Positions 21,747-32,363 of a stretch of DNA of 35,140 nt are shown here, piece after piece; position 1 is the stretch's first letter; each line of letters begins with the position of its first letter. Source of the DNA: Folioceros fuciformis (taxonomy: Eukaryota); contig JBNGIO010006132.1 in NCBI GenBank assembly GCA_049999805.1, positions 214,858-249,997 of the forward strand. The letters are read 5' to 3'. The notes under the pieces were generated by a model. The model was not told where the DNA came from and did no database searches. It worked only from the letters and a program-made list of their open reading frames with translations. Both the position numbers and the translations under genes were made by a program.

Positions 21747-22302
21747 GTGGTGTCCTGAACTTGGGGCTGCGACCCGACAGGACAGATTCATCTATGGTGG
21801 TTCATTTGCTGGCGGTGCAGGCGAGCTTGAATCGGACTCAGCTTTTGTGGTCATTAGAGCCCTTGGGATTGGACGCGGTATGCTGAGCATGATGGGATGA
21901 ACAAGAGATACGAGGTGGAGACTGTTCAAGTGAGCACTATGAGACAGTCGATTACAGATCTCTGATGGTCCCTTTCCATCGCATTTTTGAAGTTAGACCT
22001 GTGTCTGCGCAGTGTAGCCAGGTACCGTTCTTGCTGTAATTTCATTGAATCAACTTTGAAATGTATCTCTCGAGCTGAGAGGTGCTTTGCGTTGGTCACC
22101 TGGAAAGACCTCAAGAGCCCTCAGACCGGCCATGTGGGGTAATTTCACTTGTGAGTTCTCTCGAGATTTGAGGGCTGGAAGTATTTTTCCGAAGCAATGG
22201 CGTTGGGAGATGACGGTCCACAGCGAACGGAATAAGCACACAAACTTTGAAATGGGACACCGGCCACAAACATGTGCATGCTACTGTGCCTACTACTGAC
22301 AA

Positions 22303-23726
22303 CTACGTCTTCTCCGCCACGCTCACGGACGTAGGTTTAGGAACCGGCCGGGGAGGCGTGTTTTTGATGTCCAACAAGCCCCGGTCCTTCAATTTGGGAT
22401 CAAATCTAAGCCGCTCTTTACAGTTCCGTACCTTGAAGCTGGCCTCCAAATCTTTCTCTATGCGTCTGGCCACATTTTTCAGAATTTTTTCCGACGGCGG
22501 ACCAGCAGCCGCTTGTGCAAGCATCTCCTTCTCGGATTCTGCAGGACCATGAATTAGAACAAGGCACACAAGTGAAAGCACACAGTCGCGAAAAGCTGTT
22601 GGTAAAACGGGAGGGAACAAACCTAGCATGAGTGGTCTGCAATCCAGAGGGCTTTCCCAGATATTTTGTTGCCCCCCGTTGTCATTTCCGGCGGGCACTG
22701 AACCATTCTCAGCAATCCACTTCTCCCTGATGCTCTCGAGTATAGCGCGATTCGGTTTCGTCACATGCTGCAATTTGAGGTAGAAGCATTTCATTGGCAC
22801 TCGAGCGAAATGAAGCCGCAAACTCGGCAACACCTGCCACATAGAGCCAGCTGGGTGAACACACAGGACTTCGCCGATAGCAGCATGCGGTGATTTGACG
22901 TGTTATCAATCCAACCTGCCTGGAGACGCCAATGTACTCCAAAGACTTGTCCTCGCCGAAGATGGCGTAAACAGTAGCCTTGGCCTCGGGACTGCTACAG
23001 TCCGTGACTAGGCCCTCTTTGGTCAAGTAAGGAATGAACTCCAAATCCGCTAGGGAGGTCAAGTCTCCAGTCGAGCAGGCCTGCTGTCTTCTCAGAGCCT
23101 CTTGCCTCTTCCTATATTCCTCCTGAGCCTGAGTAAAGAACACTGTCCTCTCAGCAACTTACACTTGCAGGCAGGCAATTCCATTTCACAAGTGAATCAA
23201 CAGCTTCCGAACCTGCATGGTCATCTGCCGAGTCTGCTCGGCATGTTGATCGGCTGCTGCCAGTTTCTGTTTCCATTTCGGTTCTGCCAAGAGCACAGAA
23301 TAAGGTCAAGCAGCCTACACACGGTTGAGTCAAACCACAGCCCTGCTCTGCTGTCCTCAATCCTCACCTGCTGCAGATGCAAATGCTACACCGGAGCAGC
23401 TCCTCCGCACACTCCTCCGCCAATGCCCGCAACTGAAGAGGGTCTGGTCACTGCAAAGCCACACATCAACAACAAGCATCCTCAAATCTTACAGTCCAGC
23501 TACTCAGCCAGGTCATGCGGCATTACCCAGGAGGACCCGATCCCAGGAGAGCAGAGGACGCTGAGCTCCAAGAATCTGCCGCCACAATCGGTTGCGCCTC
23601 ATTCTTTCTACGCTGCCAAACCAAGAAGTGTGACGAGGAACAGGGGCCCGCAGAATTGGAACTGCGAGACGACGTCCCGAGAGCGACCGCGGTGGTCGCC
23701 AGAGAGGAGGACGCCGCCATGGCCAT
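22303..23726 (-). CDS. Stand-alone GIY-YIG-domain protein (GrxS16-N-terminal-like, cyanobacterial full-length type) with probable plastid transit peptide, about 337 aa, 6 exons
   Basis: Exons 23726-23527, 23450-23368, 23283-23213, 23128-22916, 22833-22623 and 22538-22303 (1014 nt in frame), with GT-AG introns of 76-84 bp. Core reads SLADLEFIPY...ATVYAIFGEDKSLEYIGVSRQV...WIAENGSVPAGN. Tail reads KNVARRIE...RFDPKLKDRGLLDIK. The N-terminus is Ser/Ala-rich (MAMAASSSLATTAVA). Confidence 0.85.
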
Positions 23727-24039
23727 TCTCCCAGTGTATCACCATCAACTTTGCTGGTGTGTAAACGGGATACGTTTTCACCTTCCTGTCATTATCCACA
23801 CCTTCAACGATTTCACCCGCAACCCAAGCACTATCACAAGGTCTCCTGGCATGTCACTCTAAAAGGACTGGAGCTTCCTTATTTCCTACATTGAATTGTG
23901 GGAATGTTTCGTCTCCTGCCTACCAATCTACCTACCTACCTAGGTCTCTAATTCAGCACACAGAGGGCTCACTTGCGGAAGGCCCCATGGTGAGCCCAGC
24001 GTTTGACTTCTACACTAGTAATGTACATTTGTTTATTAT

Positions 24040-25686
24040 TTACATTAAAATACGAGGATCCTCTGTTTTGATGATGATCGGTGGAACAACTTGAGTAAGC
24101 CTTGGAGGTGCGTCCTTCACAATACTGCCATGATCATAACCATCCATGAGCAGCTTTCCTATCTTTCCCTTCCATTCGAAGCTATCCACTTCCCCCCTGT
24201 GGTAATCATGTACAACACGATCGCAGAAGTTTAGCAACGTTCCAATGCCACTGCCTCTTGTCCACCCATAGCCCTCCAGTATGACAGCCTGGTCCTCAGA
24301 CAAGTGTTCACCGACCACCAGTGGCTTGTTCTCCATCAGTGCTGCTCGCCCCACGCATGAATAACCCAGCACAGTCACCAGCAGTTTCACCTGCCATGTG
24401 TAGGGTATGGTCTGCACCAACTCAAAGAAGTAGGTGGCAAAGCCATATTCTGGCCTCTCCACAACTATCCTGTTGTGCTTGACAAACACAAACAGGAAGG
24501 CGTGGAGCTGCCTGCACCAGCCCCAATGCACAGGCCACCCCTGCCTGTTCATGTCTCTTGCCTGTTCCACCAGCGAGGCCAAGCAGCCCAGGCAATAAGG
24601 CCTGGACCTGTTTCCTACATGTGCGGATGCGACATGGATCAGACCAGAGGGAGCACCCCATCCCGGTAGAGCTGCAACCACACTCCCCAGCTCTTCAAAA
24701 GCGTCATCTGGAAGAGTATCCGTGTTCGATTCATCCTCCAAACCCTCGCCGAAAAGCTGCAAACCATCTGCCAGTCCTCGTTCCCGTAACGACTCCAGCA
24801 GCCCAGGTGAGTCTTCTTCGAGTGCTACCTCCACAGAAACATGTTTTCTGCACCTTCTGTTCTGCAACTTCTTTTCTGAACGTTTGCCACGGCGCCATGC
24901 AGCCTTGGGGACGGCTCGGCTACCTACAATGCGGCTGTCATCTTCCTCTTTCCCTCCTGCTGCAGCTCCCTCGTGGTCTGCTCCCTCCCTCTTGAGATTC
25001 TGCTGCTTCTTCAAAAGAGACCGCCTCCTCACCCTGAGGGTAACATCCTCTAGCACTCCAACAGCACCCCGGCTCTCCTCGCCCCGCTCTACAAGAGCCA
25101 GGTTGGCAGTCTCCTGAGGAGCCGTGCCATCGTCTACTACTCGCACCTTATTCTCCCAAACCGTAGCTTCCACAACCTCCACGGGCTCCGATTTAGGTTG
25201 GAGGAATTCCAGTCCAGAGGCACCTCCAGCCCTTTCCATCTCATTAGCCTTTTCCTTCTCACTATCCGTTTCCTTTTCCTTTTCCCTTGCTCGTGCCCGT
25301 GCCAGTGACAGTCTCGACTCCAACAACCGCTGCTCCCTCTGAACCAGACTCTGCTCCTTCAAATTCAACAACCGGGCTCTCTCTTCAAACGACACCCGAA
25401 AGGTCTGCTCCCTCAGATCCAATGCCACACTCTTGGCCTCCAATTGCTCTAACTTTTCCTTCAACTCCAGTTCACCCTTGGCGAGGGCCTTCTCCCTGCC
25501 AACGAAGGCACTCTCCAGCTGCTGCCATAGCTGCCTACAGAGGTCCCCTGCTGGTCCCTCCTTGCCAATGCCAATCCCAATCCCACTGCTGCTGCCACTA
25601 CCACTACCATTACTCCCGCCAGTGTTGCTGGCCGACAAGAAAGCCACCTGGGTACCATCCATAGCAGTCGCCTGACCGAGAGGCAT
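24040..25686 (-). CDS. Intronless 548-aa protein: FRIGIDA-like N-terminal coiled coil, low-complexity linker, uncharacterised conserved C-terminal domain
   Basis: Uninterrupted 1647-bp ORF. Residues of about 53-135 are heptad-rich (WQQLESAFVGREKALAKGELELKEKLEQLEAK). The C-terminal globular segment reads PYCLGCL...GWCRQLHAFLFVF..HNRIVVERPEYGFATYFFE...GIGTLLNFCDRVVHD...WKGKIGKLLMDGY. Confidence 0.8.
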   Translation of the reverse strand: MPLGQATAMDGTQVAFLSASNTGGSNGSGSGSSSGIGIGIGKEGPAGDLCRQLWQQLESAFVGREKALAKGELELKEKLEQLEAKSVALDLREQTFRVSFEERARLLNLKEQSLVQREQRLLESRLSLARARAREKEKETDSEKEKANEMERAGGASGLEFLQPKSEPVEVVEATVWENKVRVVDDGTAPQETANLALVERGEESRGAVGVLEDVTLRVRRRSLLKKQQNLKREGADHEGAAAGGKEEDDSRIVGSRAVPKAAWRRGKRSEKKLQNRRCRKHVSVEVALEEDSPGLLESLRERGLADGLQLFGEGLEDESNTDTLPDDAFEELGSVVAALPGWGAPSGLIHVASAHVGNRSRPYCLGCLASLVEQARDMNRQGWPVHWGWCRQLHAFLFVFVKHNRIVVERPEYGFATYFFELVQTIPYTWQVKLLVTVLGYSCVGRAALMENKPLVVGEHLSEDQAVILEGYGWTRGSGIGTLLNFCDRVVHDYHRGEVDSFEWKGKIGKLLMDGYDHGSIVKDAPPRLTQVVPPIIIKTEDPRILM

Positions 25687-27096
25687 GTCGCAACGTCCCG
25701 TGACCGCCCTTCCCTACCCTCTTCCGTCCCGCCCCGTGCCTGTGCCTGTGCCTGTGCTGAGCATATGCACCTGCTCGTCTCCCATCCGCCTCCAGCTCAT
25801 CCACCTCGGGCTCGATACATACAAAGATACACAACATCCCCCGCAGACGGCATGGCGGCGATCCATCCTCCACTCCCCTGTCGACCTGCAACTACAATCT
25901 CCAACGTCCAGTTGCCAACCCGAGGAACTTGTGTGCATTGCAGGGGATCCCCATTTGTCTGCGAAATCCCACGCCCGTCTTGGCTGTATCTCCAGTGCAA
26001 GGGAACGCCTACAAGTAAAATCCGAACCGCGAAACGCAGATTCCTCACCCAAACGCCATCCGAAACGGGACGGACTTTCAGTTTCCAGTGTCGGCCCCAT
26101 CAACTGACTGGGAGTGGGAGCTTTCTAGCTTTCTAGTTCGGGTTAGGTTTAGGTTTTGCTTTGTCTACTTCCAAGCCACCATAGACAGATACTTTGCAAA
26201 ATTCCAGCCTTATCACAATACCCACTATGACTAACATCTCCACATCGAGGTATATTAGCAAACATCATTCTCTACTTAAAAACTTTACGACCAAACATTC
26301 TTCATCTTTTTCAATAATATTTATTAGTATTCAAAACAAATTATAGTATTCTAAATACTAATTTTAAATTATTTGAAGTACCCATTTCCTTTTTTAGTTC
26401 ATTTGGTATTTTTTTGCTTAGTAATCGTGTCTCAAAGATTTTATAAGCCTCATGTATTTCCATGATTTTATAAGCATTAGGTGTCCTTGGCTGGATGGTT
26501 TAAGTCACTCCCTTCAAATTGATACCATAAACAGGCCACCAGCGGTCACAAGCCAAGTACCATAAGAAAAACTTTAGGCTTGTACAAATAAACATATTCT
26601 AACTATTTGAACACTACTTTAGGTTTTTCTTCCTTTTTCCTTAATGGTGGCCTTCTTTCTACAACGCCTATCTATTGCTTTGCAAAGAGCATTGGCCAAT
26701 GCAGTCTTTGTAACANNNNNNNNNNNNNNNNNNNNNNNNNNNNNNNNNNNNNNNNNNNNNNNNNNNNNNNNNNNNNNNNNNNNNNNNNNNNNNNNNNNNN
26801 NNNNNNNNNNNNNNNGCAACAGACACAAATGAAGCAACTTCTTCTGCACTAGCAGATACACCTTTTATTATTCGACATCAAGACACTTTTGGAGGAATAG
26901 GTAGTTTTGAGAAGGATTTTCTTAGGGGCTAGTACCCCTTTTGGTCTTTGGCCCTACTCAAGTTGTACTCCTTATATTTGAAGTAGATGAGACTTTTCAT
27001 CTCTTTCTCAACAATGAAAAATAACTTTAGGATTGTATGTCCCAAACATGATATTAGGTCTATGCAAGAAATATATCCGAATTATTTAACCACTAC

Positions 27097-27280
27097 TTTA
27101 AGCTTGTAATTAAACTGCCACAAAAACTTTATTATTCATGTAATTAAACTACCACAAAAACTTCATTAGGTTTGTAATTAAACTGCCACAAAAACTTCAT
27201 TAGGCTTGTAACCAAAATGTCATAAAAATTTTATTAGGCTTGTAACCAATGTGCCACAAACACTACATTAGGCTTGTACA
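27097..27280. repeat. 34-bp AT-rich tandem repeat, about 5.5 copies
   Basis: Consensus attaggcttgtaattaaactgccacaaaaacttc. The tgta anchor recurs at 27105, 27139, 27173, 27207, 27241 and 27275. Confidence 0.9.
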
Positions 27281-28119
27281 AGTAGCACATCCGCACTATC
27301 TAAACAAAACATGAGGCATATACAATATATATATATATAACATGATTTGAATACACACTTTTTCACGACTAAGGCATACTTCTACCACATTATGTCAATT
27401 ATTTTAATATGTACTTGTAAGTGACTTTGATGTTTGAGTCTCATCGTATCTGAAGATGAAGCAAAGTTTAGTAGGCTATTTGGTGTGGGTTTCTTCCATT
27501 CAAGGAGTGCTTGAATACACTCCTCAACTACATGTCATTAAGAGCAGGACCCCCTTTTTACTAGGAGGAAACACATTTATGTTGTCGATGTGGCTATTAT
27601 CATCCTACAAAGAATTCCATTTACAAGTATGTCATCAACTCTTCAAGCTAGGAAACATAGGGTTGTGTGATAACCAAGGTCCATGTATAAACCTTGGGTC
27701 CATCAATAGGGTATGCATATAAGTACTCTCCTCTAAGGAACACGTATTTTTTCATCCCCAAGGGACAAGGACTTTTCAAGAAACACTTGCCTGTAGTGCC
27801 TTCGTCTTTGCCCGTAGCTTCTTCATGTGTTGAAAATAGAAAATTCATATTTTCAACACACGCACCAAATACAATCTATGTCTCACTAAAGTCTCTTATC
27901 CACCCTAATTATGTAGATAGCAAATGATGCCTTGTCTAACACCAACCAATGAAACTTAAATACGCACTCCTATCAAGATATCACAAATTAAAAACTATTG
28001 ATGATCTAGTAGGGTTCATAATTGGGTACCCTTATATTGGCAAGAGCTAAGAGACACCATTCTTAATGTACACGAGTCATGGCTAGCCTTACCTACTCAT
28101 CACTACTCCCAATCTCTCT

Positions 28120-29860
28120 TGTACAGTTGGTCAAGGACCAGAGTATACGACCACATCAAACATTTGTGGCAACTGGCTGAACAGGGGGAGGCGGTTCAAA
28201 GGCTAATAGCTGCAAATATAGAGGCCACCAGGTTCCTAAGGGTGTTGGGTGTGAAAAGAAAGAAGGAATAGAGGCAACACAAAGACTTTCTTCGAGATGA
28301 ATTGAGGTACTTGTAAAATTTGCGTAAAGAGCGGGATTTGACCTTAGAGAAAGTGCAGCAAAACACAAAGATTTAGTGTTCAGTAGCAAAAATTGAAGAA
28401 GATAGGACCAGGGGTTGGTTTCACAGAGCAAAGGTCAAGTGGGTCAAGGAAGGTGATTGTTCGTCCAAGTTGTTCTTCAACAATATGGCTACCAATTCGC
28501 ATAGATCTAGGATTCTTGTGTAGGGTTATTAAAGCCCAATGTGCTTAGACTAATGTGTTTAGTCTAAGATTAGTGTCTAGTTAAGTATCATTCATTTAGG
28601 AAGCTTCTTGCGCAGCTTCCTTGGGAGCTCTTCTAGAGGGTATAAATACCCTCTTGAGCTCCCTTGCAATATTGAGAGACATAGAGTGTGAGACCTCTCT
28701 TTCTCCTCTCCTCTCCTCCTTACTTTCTCCTCTCCTCCTTGCTTTCTCCTCTCCTCCTTGCTTTCGCCTCTCCTCCTTCACCATGTGGCTCCTCTAGCGA
28801 TCCTTCATCCTGCACTCCCCGACGCCCAAAGCATCCTTCGAGAATCATTGACTGGCTTGAAGAAACTAATTGTTTGCTTCTATGTTGGTATTTTTGCAAG
28901 TCTTGGGAAAGGTGAAGGTTGGGAGTCTTTTTGGGCTTCAACCTATAGCCATTTTCCAGCCAAGACAACTAAGGACCAACGTGCTACATTGGACGATTCG
29001 ATCATGGTGACAGAAGTCATCCAAGCAATCAAGGATTTGTCGAGCCAGAAGTCTCCAAGTCATGACGGTATACCTACGGAATTCCTGTTGTGGGGTTGGG
29101 AGTTTATGGGGCCATTGTTTATGAAGGCCTTGGACGCAACACGGGCAGAAGGCAACATGGGTAGCTAGTTCAATTTGGGGTTATCTCCTTGTTACTGAAG
29201 CAAGATGCCAGTGTCTTCATCTCCAATTAGCACTCGATCATCTTGCGTAATACCATATACAAGGTGATTGCAAAAGTCTTGGCTAATCGGCTCGCGCCTT
29301 TCGTGGACGAGTGGATTGAGCGAGAACAGAAGGGTTTCATACACAATAGGTACATTCTTGACAACTTGCTCCTTTTGCGTGATACTAAGTATGATGCCTT
29401 GATGCAAAGCAAGCAGGTGGTCTTCATCTTCCTTGACTTCTTCAAATCCTACAATTTGGTGGAGTGGCACTTCCTCTAGGGTTGTCTCCGCAACTTTGGG
29501 TTGGGCAACGATTTCTGCTATTGGATCGCCATCCTCTACAAAGAGACTAGTGCAAGATTGTTGTCAACAGTTCTTTTATAGAGCACTTTGACATCACCCG
29601 CTCTTTGAGGCAAGGGTGCCCTCTTACACCTCCCATGTTTATTATTGTTGCTGACTTTTTCCTTAAAGCCATCAAGCAGGACCCGCACATCGAGGGTATC
29701 CAAGCCTTAGATTGTTCTCAACTTCGCACTTTGGTCTTTGTTAAAAACACCATGCTATTTTCCTCTGCCTTTGAATCCTCCTTGAAAGCTATGTTGGATC
29801 AGGTACAAGTCTTTGGGCAACTTTTAGGATGCAAAGTGGATTAGGGGAAGACACGCATGA
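28120..29860 (+). mobile_element. Degenerate L1-clade LINE ORF2 (linker plus reverse transcriptase), interrupted by a solo LTR
   Basis: Motifs: RAKVKWVKEGDCSSKLFF (about 28425-28480), KSPSHDGIPTEF, NTIYKVIAKVLANRL, QKGFIHNRYILDN, LDFFKSYNLVEWHFL, LRQGCPLTP. The catalytic YADD has decayed to FVKN. Several stops and frameshifts. A decayed 3' part may extend to about 30400. Confidence 0.88.
28519..28807 (+). mobile_element. Solo LTR (289 bp) inserted in the L1
   Basis: TG...CA termini (tgtaggg / tccttca) and a near-identical 5-bp TSD (tcttg 28514-28518, tcctg 28808-28812). A TATAAAT box sits inside an inverted repeat (28623-28663), followed by CT-rich 19-bp repeats (28699-28780). Removing the insert restores the L1 reading frame. 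Confidence 0.8.
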
Positions 29861-32261
29861 TGTGTTTGAATATGAGGAGCGAGACATCTCTATGCATTAA
29901 CGGGGAAGATGGTCCTTCCGAAATTCGACAGGGTGGTCTACATTTCCAAGCTAGGCCAACAACCTGCTACTTTGTCCTATAGAGTTGCCTCTCCTAGTGG
30001 GCTATTAGAAGGATAGGGAAGAGAGGAAGGGGCGACTAGCACTAGAGTCCTATGCCTAGTCACGGTCTTGTGCCACTCGACTCGATCAGGTAGGTGGCTC
30101 AATGTAGACGAGCTGCTAAGGGGCATCAATTTGCAACCTCAACCATGAGGTTGTGTTGACTTTGCCTTATGGAGAACGGGAAGCTCACCATGTGGCCTAA
30201 CCTCTTTCAATGGCCCAATCATCCGGGGCGCTGCCGTGAGAGTTTGTGTTTGCTCTTTAACGTATGTACCGCAAATGTCTATCACTGGCTCATCAGGAAG
30301 CAAAGGAATAGCAAGCATGATCCAATGGCTCTGAGGTTAAAGTTGTCTGTCTCTTGGCAACGGTTTGCTGTTAAACTCTCTTATTTCTGGCTCCACTAGA
30401 CAACTGCGGTCTATAGAGGGAAAGAACCACTATCAATCAGGTCCTTGCTCAGGAGGATTTAGGGGCAAGTGTTGATTGCCGCAGAGGGGATAAGGTTAGT
30501 GTCCTCGAGGAAATTCAAGGGCAAGGATTAGCATTGCGAGCGCTTTCTCACCTAGGGAGTGAGATTAGATGGAACCACTTGTGCCCTTAGAGGGAGCAAG
30601 GCCCTACGGTGAGTCCCAGTAGAGGTGTTGGGGCTTCTCGTCGGTGCACCACTCCTTTGTGATTGCTACTTCAAGGGGCTCTTCCAAGAAGTATACATCT
30701 AGTGCTACATTTATAGGGGCCATTCGCCTCTTGCTTAGCATCTTATTGACAGTGCCACCATAAAAGGTCTATGCCCTTTTCTTTCTTCCCAATCTAAAAA
30801 ATAGTGGCTACGAGTGAATTAAAGGGGAGGCTAGATTGACCAATAGATTTGTCATTGCACCCTCCTCTATTAACCAGAGTTGCTTCCACCTTGAATCCAT
30901 GCCTCCACCAATCTTTCCCTTCGTGTGCCTATTCTTTCTCCATTGTGTTTGTTGCAAGGTTTTTCTTTTGGCCGTTGCTAGTAAAATCATGTTTAGCCTC
31001 CGAGATGGAGGGTACGGGTAGGGATCAAAGTAGGTGCCTACGGCTACCAAAATGAAGCCCTCATTTGTCCTCTAACTCGAAGGACCCCTTCCTATGATGG
31101 GATAGCCCGCTTCCTATCATCTTTTCTCCTTACATAGGGTAGGGACGCTTAGATGTCTTGATCAAGTTTCAAGAGAAGTTGTCATCCTAGAGCCCTAAAC
31201 ACACCCATTTTGTCCTAACTCCTTAATAAGGGTTTAATCCCCTCCAACTCATTTGGTTGGGCTGTTTTGGAAGATCCTTCCTTGAATGCCAATTCTCTTC
31301 TCACTCGTTCTTTGATTGTACCCTCCTTTTCCTCCATCCCAATTGATCTCAAGGGTCTTGCGTTGCTGGTGGGAAATAGTGGTACAAGAAAAGAAACATT
31401 ATGTTGCACCTATGGTATGTCCCTCATTCAATGCCTGCCGATTAAAGGGAGCCCCTCGTCCTCATCAAGGTCATGATACCTTGTGATTGAAGGCTGAGTT
31501 CGACTAGTATTTCCACCTCTACGAATAAGAGTAGTGCACAAATCCCAAGAGGATGGGCCTAGCGCTCTCTTCTTGAAGTGAGATGATCCCGAAAGGTTTC
31601 TCTACGTTCTCTAACTCTTCTCAGTGGATTAAAAGCCCTTCCTAGAAGTGAATAAGATGAGTCGTAAGGAACCAAGATTGAGCACTTCCCTCGTTGGCTA
31701 CATTTGGCTTGAGTAGCTTTTCCCTATGATAAGTATATGCCTCACACATGATCAAGCCTCAATCTAATTTATGGCCTTGGGCAATTGCAAAAGGAAGCGT
31801 AGAAAAGCATTGCTAAAGTATGAAGACCACTAATAGTTCAACATTCCCAACACGATTTTGGTGAACAAGTGGTATATTAGTTCCCTAATCCTTTCTTGTT
31901 CATGAGGTGATCGACTCCAACACTTCAGCAAGTAAGATCGGTGTGAGTGACCTTCAACCATCAGTTATCCTATCCAAAATGCTAATCTTGCCATTCTTTC
32001 TCTTTGGTTTTCCATATACTTGCTTGATAATCTTCACAATCCAATAGCGTGGGTTGATTCTTGCAATGCACTTAGGTAGGTTGGTTATCTCTTTGTCTAT
32101 TCGCTACAAATTGATGTAACATTTCTTAACGAAGCCATGGTGGGAATAAATCAATGCCTCCTGTACATCCAATCAAGCCATATGTTTTTTCTCCCTTGCC
32201 CAAGTTGGTCTTTGACTGTAGACCCTGATTGCCCCCACCTACTAGCTTTGGAGCTCCTAAC

Positions 32262-32363
32262 CATATGTATATGTGATGAGGAGACATTTCTCCTCACAAC
32301 ATATACATATGTCTTCTCATAACACATAGCTTTCATTGAAAGCTATGTGTTATGAGGAGACAT
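32262..32363. repeat. Two adjacent inverted repeats (23-bp and 26-bp stems)
   Basis: 32262-32284 pairs with 32289-32311 (21/23). 32309-32334 pairs with 32338-32363 (25/26 plus one G-T pair, 3-nt loop). Confidence 0.9.

Noticed and set aside
23102..23764. 220-aa plus-strand ORF
   Set aside because: Antisense to the spliced GIY-YIG gene, low-complexity, with no ATG start or domain.
3621..25686. Functional gene cluster / operon-like system across the seven genes
   Set aside because: The products belong to unrelated processes (Ca/TPR scaffold, LRR, proteasome, RNA editing, transport, plastid nuclease-like). Adjacency is explained by genome compactness.
30420..32250. Possible decayed retroelement gag or accessory ORF region
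   Set aside because: Composition suggests TE debris, but I found no diagnostic motif (gag zinc knuckle, protease, integrase) in any frame.
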